Source of the DNA: Phycisphaerales bacterium
Lineage (GTDB): Bacteria > Planctomycetota > Phycisphaerae > Phycisphaerales > UBA1924
Direction: 5' to 3'
Length of the DNA: 64,000 nt
NCBI GenBank assembly: GCA_046154665.1
Contig: JBJXFG010000086.1
Span: 1,695 to 65,694 of the forward strand
Below the pieces are notes generated by a model. The model ran no database searches. It saw only the letters and a list, made by a program, of their open reading frames with translations, and had not been told where the DNA came from. The position numbers and the translations under genes are program-made. Positions 55,772-64,000 of this stretch are shown here, piece by piece (the first letter of the stretch is position 1; each line of letters opens with the position of its first letter).

Positions 55772-56542
55772 TCAGAACGCCGCCGCCATCGTATTGGCTC
55801 TGAGATGCCCCGAATCAATCGTCCCCACCACCACACAAGACACCCCACGAACCGCTAGCACCCCGCGCAGAGCCGCCCCAGGGTCAACCGCGTGCCCGCT
55901 CACCAGCGCCTTCTTCACCAGCACCCCCACACCCCGCTCCGCCGCCAGCGCCGCGGCGGGCGCATCACCCTGCTCCGCCGAGTTGAGCGTCAGCATCACC
56001 ACATCACCACGCTCCACCGCCAGCAGCGCCCCGCCGGGCGTCTTCGTGCTCGCCCCCACGGCACGCACCAGACCGCGCCGCTTCAACGCTCTCAACGCCT
56101 CAAGCGCCCCCGACCGAACAACGACCTCTTCATCATCGCCATTGGAGTGCAGCAGCACCACATCAAGATAGTCCGTCCGCAGCCGCCGCAGCGATCGCTC
56201 AACGCTGGCCGTGATCGCCGCCGGCGTGAAGTCGAAAGTCGATGAGCCGTTCTCGAACGTCTCACCGGCCTTCGAGCACAGCACCCACCGCTCGCGCGGG
56301 GCGACCCGGTCAAGCAGCTCGCCGAGGCGTGTTTCGCTGGTCCCATAGGCGGGCGCGGTATCGATGAGATTGACACCAAGGTCATGCGCCGTGCGGAGCA
56401 GTTCGAGGGCCTGCTCATCGCTCGGAAGTTCAAACGGCACCGGGTACTTCACCCCGTCGCGCCGCCCCAGCTTGACCGTGCCCAGCCCGATCGCGCTGAC
56501 CAAGAGGCCCGTATTGCCAAGCGGTCGAAGGGGAAGCGCCAT
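55772..56542 (-). CDS. Aldo/keto reductase family oxidoreductase
   Basis: LGNTGLLVSAIGLGT, IDTAPAYG and RTDYLDVVLLH are AKR family blocks. Confidence 0.85.
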   Translation of the reverse strand: MALPLRPLGNTGLLVSAIGLGTVKLGRRDGVKYPVPFELPSDEQALELLRTAHDLGVNLIDTAPAYGTSETRLGELLDRVAPRERWVLCSKAGETFENGSSTFDFTPAAITASVERSLRRLRTDYLDVVLLHSNGDDEEVVVRSGALEALRALKRRGLVRAVGASTKTPGGALLAVERGDVVMLTLNSAEQGDAPAAALAAERGVGVLVKKALVSGHAVDPGAALRGVLAVRGVSCVVVGTIDSGHLRANTMAAAF

Positions 56543-56581
56543 GCGCGAAACGGTAGACGCTCTGGCCAGTCCGGAAGAATG

Positions 56582-56851
56582 TCAACGCGGAGATCGCGGA
56601 GAGCGCAGAGGAAGGCGGGAAGAGAGAGGCTGAGCAAGACAGCACTTTCACTGTCGGGATCAGAGCTTGTTCGGCGAGTTGGCCCTGTGCTCGCGCCCGG
56701 GGCTCGGACAATGCAACAGCGCGTGATCCTCCGCCAGTCCTTCTCCGCCTCTCTCTGTCTTCCTCCGCGCCCTCCGCGGTCTCCGCGTTGAGAATGCCTC
56801 TCTCCGCGATCTCCGCGGTGAAAACGCCTTTCTCCGAGATCTCCGCGTTGA
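56582..56851. repeat. Composite inverted array: one forward and three reverse CGCGGAGA-type units around a solo hairpin unit
   Basis: Forward unit tcaacgcggagatcgcggagagcgcagaggaagg (56582..56615). Hairpin unit at 56681..56709. Reverse units at 56762..56791, 56798..56822 and 56828..56851. Confidence 0.8.
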
Positions 56852-56866
56852 TCCGGCTTTTCGCGG

Positions 56867-58558
56867 TCACCCCGCGCACCCGAAGTTGCCCAGGAAGATC
56901 ACCAGGTCCGCCGTGTCCACCTGCGTGTCCAGGTTCAGGTTCGCCGGGTTGCACAGCGTCACCGTGAGCCCGAACTGCCCGAGGAACAGCGTCAGATCGG
57001 CGGTGTTGGTGCTGCCATCGCCATTGATGTCCGCGACGCACGCTTTCGTACACGGGTCGGGGATGCCGTCGCCGTTGCAGTCCTTGACCTGGCCGAGCGC
57101 GATCTCGGTGGTGTCGCCCACGCCGTTGCCGTTGCAGTCAAACTCGCCGATGCGGACGTAGTAGACGTCCTGCTCGCCATTGACCGTCGTCGAGATGATC
57201 GCGTCGGCACCCACGTTGTCCGAGTGCATGTCGTAATAGTCGCCGATCTTGTTCTGCTGCGGGAACCCCACCAGCGGGTTCCACGGCACCGTCATCGGCG
57301 TCGACGGCGCGAACGTCGCCCCCTGATCCGTCGAAAACGTGTAGTACGTCCGCGAAATCCTGTTCATTGGGTCTTCGCGCGTGTCGTTGTAGATCACGTC
57401 GATGCGCCCGTTGGGTGCCACGCTCATCGTCACAAACCACTGGAACGCGTTGTTGGTCGTCGAGTCGTCGTTCACGCGCACAAACGGGTCCCACGTCACC
57501 CCGCCGTCACGGCTGCGGATGAACCGGGCTTCCAGCGGGTCCGTCCCCGTGGCGGGGTCGATCGTGCCGCACACATACACGAACCCATTGCCCGGTCCGC
57601 CCGAGCGATCGACATCGCAGAGCAACTGCCCCGCCAGCCCCGCGGGGTTCACCGCCGGGTTCAGCGCCAGGTCGCCGTCCATGTTCGGCGTCGAAACCAG
57701 GAACGTCGGCGTCACCGCGTTGTTCGACGCGTTCGTCGACCGCACCACGCTCAGCCCGGGCCCGCCCGAGTTCGTCCCCGCGATGTACAACTGACCCACC
57801 GGCCCGATCCCAAGCGTCCCGAAAATCGGCGGCCCGCCCGGCAGCGCCTGCGCCGCCTGGAACGATGCGCCAGCGTTGATCGACCGCGCAAACGTGAACC
57901 CCGGCGTCGGGTTCGCCGCAACGTTCCACGCCGTGTAGTGGTGGTTCCGTCCCGGCCCATTCGTCGAATCGATCGCGAACCACACCTTGTCGCCCCCGGC
58001 GATCTGGTACGGCGAACTCCACGTCGCCCCGCCATCGCTCGACGTGAAGTACCACACGTTGAACACGCTGCTCACCACCTTGAGCGAGTTGTAGAACACC
58101 GTGCTCCCGTCCGGGCTCCAGCGCACGATCGGGTCCGAACGAAACACCCCCGCCTCCAAAGGCGGCAGGTTCGTCCAGGTCCGCCCGTTGTCACGCGAGA
58201 ACGCCACGCCCGCCTGACGGAAGCTCGACGCGATCGAGTTGAACTGCCGCCACCCCGCCACCAGGCGCCGCGGGTCGGTGGGATCAACCGTGATCGACGG
58301 CTCGTTGGCCGCGTCGCCCACGATATTGAGCCCCGACGCATTCGTGTTGATCTGCCGGATGAACACCGGCAACGTGCCGCGCAGCGCCACTTCCGGCGCG
58401 AGGATGTTCGCCGGCAAGCTCGTCCGCGGGTTCGCGGACGCGGGGATGAACGGCATGTCATCGCGCTCGGGCTCCATCACGGCTCCCGGCGGCAACGCCG
58501 ACGCACTCGAAGCAACAGCCAGCAGAACAGCAACAGACGGCATCAAGCGATCGCGCAT
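56867..58558 (-). CDS. Secreted BNR/Asp-box beta-propeller (sialidase-like) protein with C-terminal dockerin-like twin repeat
   Basis: Asp-box repeats SRDNGRTW, SSDGGATW, SRDGGVTW and STDQGATF. Signal MRDRLMPSVAVLLAVASSASA. C-terminus DINGDGSTNTADLTLFLGQFG...NLDTQVDTADLVIFLGNFG. Confidence 0.8.
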   Translation of the reverse strand: MRDRLMPSVAVLLAVASSASALPPGAVMEPERDDMPFIPASANPRTSLPANILAPEVALRGTLPVFIRQINTNASGLNIVGDAANEPSITVDPTDPRRLVAGWRQFNSIASSFRQAGVAFSRDNGRTWTNLPPLEAGVFRSDPIVRWSPDGSTVFYNSLKVVSSVFNVWYFTSSDGGATWSSPYQIAGGDKVWFAIDSTNGPGRNHHYTAWNVAANPTPGFTFARSINAGASFQAAQALPGGPPIFGTLGIGPVGQLYIAGTNSGGPGLSVVRSTNASNNAVTPTFLVSTPNMDGDLALNPAVNPAGLAGQLLCDVDRSGGPGNGFVYVCGTIDPATGTDPLEARFIRSRDGGVTWDPFVRVNDDSTTNNAFQWFVTMSVAPNGRIDVIYNDTREDPMNRISRTYYTFSTDQGATFAPSTPMTVPWNPLVGFPQQNKIGDYYDMHSDNVGADAIISTTVNGEQDVYYVRIGEFDCNGNGVGDTTEIALGQVKDCNGDGIPDPCTKACVADINGDGSTNTADLTLFLGQFGLTVTLCNPANLNLDTQVDTADLVIFLGNFGCAG

Positions 58559-58835
58559 GGGAACTCCTCGCGGGTAAGCCTGATCGAACGGGTGACGAAC
58601 GTCGTGCCACTGATGGCGATCCGTTCGCGGATCGACATCAGTGCCGAACCGCGAGGAATCGCCCGAGAAGAGCACTGCTGTCTCCGAAGACGGAGCCAGC
58701 AGTGGCACGACGCCGCCTTCCGATCGCGCAGGCGGATGAACAAGCCAGCCTCCCAGCGTAACCGCGCGCGGGGGAAATCAAGAGGTGTTCAGACCGAAAC
58801 CAAAGCGACCACATTCGGCCACAGGCTCACGACTG

Positions 58836-59462
58836 TTATCGCCCCGCCTCCAGAGCATTGCGGAAATGAGCCGCCTGCACCGGGACCAGCATCTCCAGCA
58901 CATGCTGCAGCACCTCGGCGGGGCTCCCGATCGCCTCGACATTCCGCACGATCGATTTGGGGTAGTGCTCCAGCACCGGGAACGTCTCATTCTCATACAC
59001 GTTCCACCGCTTCCGGATGATGTCCTCCTTGGCGTCATCCAGCCGGTTCTCCTTGATCGCACGCCGACGCAGCCGCTCGAACATCTTCTCTTTGTTGCTG
59101 CACATCAGGTGGATGATCAGCAGCACGTCGATGTGGTCGTCCATCACCGTCGCCTGGTGGGCGTTGCGGGGGATGCCGTCGAGCACGAGGATGTCGTTGT
59201 CGGGCTTGTAGAGCGAGAGGATGGTCTGGGCGCGGATGTTCTCCTGCCACATCTGGATGGTGAGATCGTCCGGCACCAGCTCGCCCCGCGACGAATACTC
59301 GACAAACTTCCGCCCCAGTTCGGAGTTGACGTTCAGCGTGCGGAACACCTCGCCGCACGAGAGGTGGTAGAACCCCGGCACATGCCCGAGGATCTTGCCC
59401 TGAGTGCCCTTGCCCGAGCCGGGGGCGCCGAAGAGAAGGACCGTCTTGTACTTCTGCGTCAT
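58836..59462 (-). CDS. Adenylate kinase family (nucleoside monophosphate kinase) protein
   Basis: ATG 59462. P-loop LLFGAPGSGKGTQ, GELVPDDL and VLDGIPRNAHQA. Confidence 0.8.
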   Translation of the reverse strand: MTQKYKTVLLFGAPGSGKGTQGKILGHVPGFYHLSCGEVFRTLNVNSELGRKFVEYSSRGELVPDDLTIQMWQENIRAQTILSLYKPDNDILVLDGIPRNAHQATVMDDHIDVLLIIHLMCSNKEKMFERLRRRAIKENRLDDAKEDIIRKRWNVYENETFPVLEHYPKSIVRNVEAIGSPAEVLQHVLEMLVPVQAAHFRNALEAGR

Positions 59463-59812
59463 GGTGTCTCCGAGAGGGCCTCGGCCGCGCCGGCCGACAT
59501 CACAGAATAGCCTACCGAAAACCCCGATGGATCGGCGAAATCGTCCATCGACATCTCGGAACCGATGGGGGCAGGCTTCCTTGAGGTGCATCCTGACCTG
59601 ATCGCCCGCAGACGCTCCGTCGCACGCCTCAGCCGAGGCACCGATCGCCACGCGCGCCTGCTACGATGGCCCCCCAACCACAGGCGACCGGCCCTCGCCC
59701 TCCTCAACCGAAGTCAACCGTTTTACCACCTCGGGGGATCCGTTCCGTCCCAGAATCTCGCGCCGCACGCGACCGTGCGAGCAGGTCACTCATCCAAGAT
59801 CAGTCCCCCTGC

Positions 59813-59846
59813 CCTTCTCCGCGCTCTCCGCGCTCTCCGCGTTGAA
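59813..59846. repeat. Reverse-orientation copy of the CGCGGAGA-type repeat upstream of hpnH
   Basis: ccttctccgcgctctccgcgctctccgcgttgaa, which is the reverse complement of ttcaacgcggagagcgcggagagcgcggagaagg. Confidence 0.85.
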
Positions 59847-59889
59847 CCGCATCGAGAAACAACCGCAGACGCAACCGCCAGGAGCCTCG

Positions 59890-61041
59890 ATGCCCGTCCC
59901 GATCAGCCAGATGTGGACCGTCGCCACCTATGTCCTGGCGCAGAAAGTCCGCGGCAACAAGCACTACCCACTGGTCCTCATGCTCGAGCCGCTCCTGCGC
60001 TGCAACCTCGCCTGCGCCGGCTGCGGCAAAATCCAGTACCCGGCCCACATCCTCAAACGCGAACTCTCCGTCGATGAGTGCGTCCGCGCCGTCGATGAGT
60101 GCGGCGCGCCGATGGTCTCCATCCCGGGCGGCGAACCCCTCCTCCACCCCAAGATCGGCGACATCGTCAAGGCCCTCGTCGCCCGCAAGAAGTACATCTA
60201 TCTCTGCACCAATGCGCTCCTCCTCAAGCAGCGCCTCGAAGAGGGCGTCTTCACGCCCAGCAAGTACCTCACCTTTAGCGTCCACATGGACGGCCAGGAA
60301 GACCACCACGACTTCGCCGTCTGCCGCGAGGGAACCTACAAGACCGCGCGCGACGGCATCGCGCTCGCCGTCAAAATGGGCTTCCGCGTCACCACCAACA
60401 CCACCCTCTTCGACGGTGCCGACCCCAACTCGGTCCGCGCCTTCTTCGACGAAATGATGGACCTCGGCGTCGAGGGCATGATGGTCTCCCCCGGCTACGC
60501 CTACCCCAAAGCCCCGGACCAGAAGCACTTCCTCGCCGAGCGAAAGAAGACCAACGAACTCTTCGAGATGATCGCCAGCAACCGCAAGAAGCGCTGGAAG
60601 TTCAACCAGTCGCCGCTGTTCCTCGAGTTCCTCATGGGCAAGCGCGAGTACGAATGCACCCCCTGGGGCATGCCGACCTACAACATCTTCGGATGGCAGA
60701 AGCCCTGCTACCTGCTGCAAGACGGCTACGTCGACACCTTCAAAGAGCTCGTCGACACCACCGAATGGGAGAACTACGGCCGGGCCAGCGGCAACCCCAA
60801 GTGCCAGCAGTGCATGGTTCACTCGGGCTACGAAGCCAGCGCCGTGAACCACACCTTTGCGTCGTTCGGCGGGCTCTTCGCCACGGTCAAAGCGATGGTC
60901 TTTAACACCTACGCCAACCCCCGCGCCGCCGCACGCCTCAAGGAAGAAGCCAAGAAGCCGCACGGCCCCATGGCGCTGCTGGGCCTTTCCGTCGAGGGCA
61001 AGCCCGTGAAGACACCAGAACCGGCGAGCCAGGCCGCCTGA
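59890..61041 (+). CDS. hpnH: Adenosyl-hopene transferase (hopanoid-associated radical SAM protein)
   Basis: MLEPLLRCNLACAGCGKIQYP (CxxxCxxC radical-SAM cluster), SIPGGEPLLH, and the C-terminal Cys-rich block CQQCMVHSGYE. This matches HpnH as I recall it. The ATG is preceded by GGAG. Confidence 0.9.
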   Translation: MPVPISQMWTVATYVLAQKVRGNKHYPLVLMLEPLLRCNLACAGCGKIQYPAHILKRELSVDECVRAVDECGAPMVSIPGGEPLLHPKIGDIVKALVARKKYIYLCTNALLLKQRLEEGVFTPSKYLTFSVHMDGQEDHHDFAVCREGTYKTARDGIALAVKMGFRVTTNTTLFDGADPNSVRAFFDEMMDLGVEGMMVSPGYAYPKAPDQKHFLAERKKTNELFEMIASNRKKRWKFNQSPLFLEFLMGKREYECTPWGMPTYNIFGWQKPCYLLQDGYVDTFKELVDTTEWENYGRASGNPKCQQCMVHSGYEASAVNHTFASFGGLFATVKAMVFNTYANPRAAARLKEEAKKPHGPMALLGLSVEGKPVKTPEPASQAA

Positions 61042-61272
61042 GCGTGGGGCTGTCGCCGCGCCGCGGCTCATATCCGCCCAATCACGCCCCATAACCGATC
61101 ACTTCATCCTGAAATTCCTCATTTTTGCGGACCCGATTCCCCCGGTTTTCAGAACCGACGTGTATCGTGTTCCGGTCGTTCGGGCTCTTCATCCACGGAC
61201 GGAACGAAAGCCCCAAGAACGCCACTGGCCGCGCGCCCGGATGCGTGCGGACCTTGCGAGGAGAGATAGAGA

Positions 61273-63318
61273 TTGGAACAAGAAATCGGATCCATATTCG
61301 CGGCGAGCGTCATCGCGCTCGCCGCCGTTGATGCCAGCATCGCCCGTGTTGATGCGTCGCCCACCGAGCCGCCCACCAACGCCCCCGCGGCGTGGACGGC
61401 CCGAGAGCTCTCGCTCGACTCCGGCTGGCTCACCACCCGCGAACGCACCGGCGACGTGGCCGAGGTCGTCTTTTCGCGCGAGCTCGAGTTCACCGACGCC
61501 GCCTGGACACGCCTCTTTCTCGAAGGCACCGTTCTCTCGGGCCAACCCGGCTCGGGCCGCGAAGCGTGGGTCTTCATCTCCACGCCCACGGGCGATGTGC
61601 AACCGCTCAACGCCGAGCACCTCCGCCAGTGGACCAGCGGCACCGCCTACTTCAACGGCAACCGCGTCCGCGTTGATGTCGTCATGTACCCAGGCGCCGA
61701 GGCCTCGCGCCTCGTCATCCCCAGCGCCATGCTCGGCGAAGAAATGATCCCCGAGCGCAGCATCTGCGGCCTCACCGACGACCGCACCCCATCCGCCGAC
61801 CCGCGCGTCGCACGCCTCATGCCCGCCAGTTGCACCGCATGGCTCTTCAACGACGCCAACCGCATGCTGCTCAGCGCCGGCCACTGCGGCACCGCCGCGT
61901 CCACCGTCGTTCAGTTCAACGTCCCGCTCTCGGGCCCGACGGGCACGCCCATCTTCCCCCCGCCGCAGCACCAGTACGCCGTCGACGGCCTCAGCATCCA
62001 GTGGCAGCAGACCGGCCTCGGAAACGACTGGGCCTACTTCGGCGTCTTCCCAAACCCGATCACCGGACTCACCCCCGCCCAGGCCCAGGGCCAGGTCTTC
62101 AACGTCACACCCGCCCCGGCCCCCACGACAGGCGCGCAAATCCGCATCACCGGCTTCGGCGCGACCTACACGCCGATCTCGCCGACCTGGAACTACGCCC
62201 AGAAGACCCATGTCGGTGCCTACACCGCGCGCAACGGCAACGGACTCAACTACACACCCGACACCACCGGCGGCAACTCCGGATCGCCCATCATCCTTGA
62301 ATCCACCGGCCAGGTCATCGGCGTCCACACCAGCGGCGGCTGCGGCAGCTCGGGCGGTGCCAACGCTGGAACCGCATTCCAGGCTCCCGCACTCCAAAAC
62401 GCACTCGCCGCACCCAGAGGCGTCTGCGGCAGCGGCGCCACAGGCATCCCCGACGGCCCCCTCTATGCCATCGGCGACATCGCCAACAACGTCGGGACCG
62501 TGCGCCGGAACTCCGGACAGTTCTCCCGCATCGCCGCCCCGACCTCGGTCCCCTCGGGCCTCGCCTACCGGCCCGTCAATGACCGCCTTTACGCCATCGA
62601 TTCCGCGCAGCGCCTGGTCATGATCGACCCCGCCACCGGCGTGGGCACACCCGGCCCCGCCATCACCGGCGCACCCGCGCCCGTCACCGACCTCGTCCAC
62701 GACCCGCGCCCCGACCGCTTCATCGGCGTCTGCAACGCAACAGGGCAGTTTGTTCACATCGATCCCGTCACCGGCGTCGCCACCAAGCGAGGGACCGCCC
62801 ACGGCGGGCACATCGTCGGCATCGCCCTGGTCACCATGACGGGCCAGCTCCTCGCCATCGACGCTCGTACGCCCGCCGAAGGGGGCCCGGCCCTGGTCGC
62901 GGTCAACCGAGTCACCGGCGCTCGCACCGTCATCGGCCCGCTTGGTGCCGGCCTCACCAACGTCTCGAGCCTCGCCTGGAGCGACGACGAGAAGTACCTC
63001 ACCACCATCGACGTCGCCGGCAGCCGACTCTTCCGCGTCGACCGACTCACCGGCGCGGCCACCCTCGTCGGCCCGACCTCGGCCATCTGGACCCAATCCG
63101 CCGGCGGCCTGGCCTACCGCCGCGTCGAGCCGGTCTGCTCCGGCGACCTGAACTTCGACGGACGGACCGACACCAGCGATCTCTCCATCCTGCTAAACCG
63201 CTTTAGCTCGTCCAACCTGCCAGGGGCCGAAGGCGACCTCAACGGCGACGGCACCGTCTCCACCCCAGACCTGGTCATGTTCGTGGCAGTGTACGGGTGC
63301 ACGAACTCGGAACAGTGA
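61273..63318 (+). CDS. Secreted trypsin-like (S1) serine protease with beta-propeller-like middle region and C-terminal dockerin-like twin repeat
   Basis: LLSAGHCG (catalytic His), DTTGGNSGSPI (catalytic Ser), and the C-terminus DLNFDGRTDTSDLSILLNRF...DLNGDGTVSTPDLVMFVAVYG. The ORF opens at TTG 61273 and the start is uncertain. Confidence 0.8.
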   Translation: MEQEIGSIFAASVIALAAVDASIARVDASPTEPPTNAPAAWTARELSLDSGWLTTRERTGDVAEVVFSRELEFTDAAWTRLFLEGTVLSGQPGSGREAWVFISTPTGDVQPLNAEHLRQWTSGTAYFNGNRVRVDVVMYPGAEASRLVIPSAMLGEEMIPERSICGLTDDRTPSADPRVARLMPASCTAWLFNDANRMLLSAGHCGTAASTVVQFNVPLSGPTGTPIFPPPQHQYAVDGLSIQWQQTGLGNDWAYFGVFPNPITGLTPAQAQGQVFNVTPAPAPTTGAQIRITGFGATYTPISPTWNYAQKTHVGAYTARNGNGLNYTPDTTGGNSGSPIILESTGQVIGVHTSGGCGSSGGANAGTAFQAPALQNALAAPRGVCGSGATGIPDGPLYAIGDIANNVGTVRRNSGQFSRIAAPTSVPSGLAYRPVNDRLYAIDSAQRLVMIDPATGVGTPGPAITGAPAPVTDLVHDPRPDRFIGVCNATGQFVHIDPVTGVATKRGTAHGGHIVGIALVTMTGQLLAIDARTPAEGGPALVAVNRVTGARTVIGPLGAGLTNVSSLAWSDDEKYLTTIDVAGSRLFRVDRLTGAATLVGPTSAIWTQSAGGLAYRRVEPVCSGDLNFDGRTDTSDLSILLNRFSSSNLPGAEGDLNGDGTVSTPDLVMFVAVYGCTNSEQ

Positions 63319-63611
63319 TGCCGCCAGGCGGTCCTACCCGCCGGGACCGGTAACTGAACACGGCCAATGCATGAAAATCCAGAGCGCGCCCTTGGTCGCG
63401 GAGCACCGTCGCGCTGCGACTTGAAGCGTCCCGAAACCCCGCCGAAGCGGACACCATCCGAGAACCCCCGCACACTATTTTTCGTCGGGGATTGTGCCGA
63501 CGCTCGCGCTGGTGCACACTATGGTTACAGAGCTCGCGCCGCGGTCGGCTGGGACAGCGTCGAGAGAGGGAGACTGGCGGCGTCCGTCATTCTCAAAGCC
63601 GATTCGTGGTT

Positions 63612-63632
63612 GCGTTCGCCTCTGGCGAACGC
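63612..63632 (+). other. Perfect 9-bp stem / 3-nt loop hairpin in the 5' leader of the last gene
   Basis: gcgttcgcc-tct-ggcgaacgc, 35 nt upstream of ATG 63667. There is no T-run after it. Function unknown. Confidence 0.2.
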
Positions 63633-63666
63633 TCGAGGTCAACCCGAACCCTGGGAGTCTTGTCGT

Positions 63667-64000
63667 ATGAAATGCAGTACGTTGATGGCCGCGTCGATCG
63701 CGGTGATGGCCGGTGTGGCGATCGCTGTTCCTCCGAACCCCGCGCCGCCCCAGTCGGTCGGCCCTGACGTCGTGGTCTCGGGCATCGGGTCTTCCGGCGG
63801 CGCTTCGCCGTTCGGTGATTCGGCCGGCGGTGGCACGCAGAAGGACGGCACGATCGGCGCGATGTCCGCGTGGTCGGTCGGCACCATCTCGTGCAACATC
63901 GGCAACGCCAACGCCATCTGGATCGCCAGCAACAACCAGCACCCCGTCATCGGCACCCAGATCTATCGCTTCCGCGATGTCAACGGCGCCAAGCAGCTCG
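63667..64000 (+). CDS. Secreted hypothetical protein, N-terminal 111 aa (continues beyond right window edge)
   Basis: Not in the ORF track because it has no stop in the window. My translation from ATG 63667 is MKCSTLMAASIAVMAGVAIAVPPNPAPPQSVGPDVVVSGIGSS...WSVGTISCNIGNANAIWIASNNQHPVIGTQIYRFRDVNGAKQL. It has a signal peptide and is open to the end. Confidence 0.5.
   Translation, partial: MKCSTLMAASIAVMAGVAIAVPPNPAPPQSVGPDVVVSGIGSSGGASPFGDSAGGGTQKDGTIGAMSAWSVGTISCNIGNANAIWIASNNQHPVIGTQIYRFRDVNGAKQL

Noticed and set aside
56582-56851. Possible CRISPR array, considered here and at the other tandem-repeat loci (44653..44738, 9987..10057, 45571..45610).
   Set aside because: The units are only 7-9 nt (or ~33 nt without unique spacers of regular length) and are directly adjacent or inverted. 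No cas genes are in the window.

Overview
High-GC bacterial chromosomal segment. Hand counts on typical 60-nt lines give about 63-67% GC. Gene content and repeat vocabulary look like Planctomycetota, probably Phycisphaerae-like; this is inference from memory, not a search. I support about 44 protein genes. Two of them run off the window edges and are missing from the ORF track: an LptD-like gene at 1..1783 (-) and a secreted protein at 63667..64000 (+). Housekeeping blocks are nusA-infB-DUF503-rbfA and pyrB-pyrC-purL(PurS-PurS-PurL fusion)-purQ-DUF721, the latter joined by 4-nt start/stop overlaps. Also present are smc, recG, polX, trxB, nadA, ade, amn, hbd, hpnH and a beta-carbonic anhydrase. 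Between them are secreted enzymes with dockerin-like twin repeats (reprolysin-like metalloprotease, S1 serine protease, BNR/sialidase-like propeller, one unknown), a Ser/Thr kinase with a WD40 tail, a PP2C phosphatase, a STAS protein, and an acyltransferase with embedded ankyrin repeats. I found no rRNA, tRNA, CRISPR array, transposase or integrase. I did not recognise a compact novel multi-gene system such as a defence island. The strongest unexplained signals are at DNA level. (1) Several families of 7-9-nt tandem repeats and REP-like palindromes, often arranged as inverted arrays, sit between genes and also in frame inside purL, purQ, the kinase and a membrane protein. (2) purL is split into two out-of-frame ORFs by a 118-nt repeat hairpin that ends in a G6-T-G5-T-G9 tract. 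(3) The kinase gene drops to roughly 40% GC for its 3' 2.5 kb, and the switch lies just after an in-frame REP pair. (4) A CI-type HTH gene, a small ORF and polX are translationally coupled next to recG. (5) About 1.2 kb has no convincing ORF and holds a decayed XRE-type HTH remnant. All family assignments come from reading the translations, with no database search, and most start codons are uncertain because the ORF track begins ORFs at ATG, GTG or TTG.
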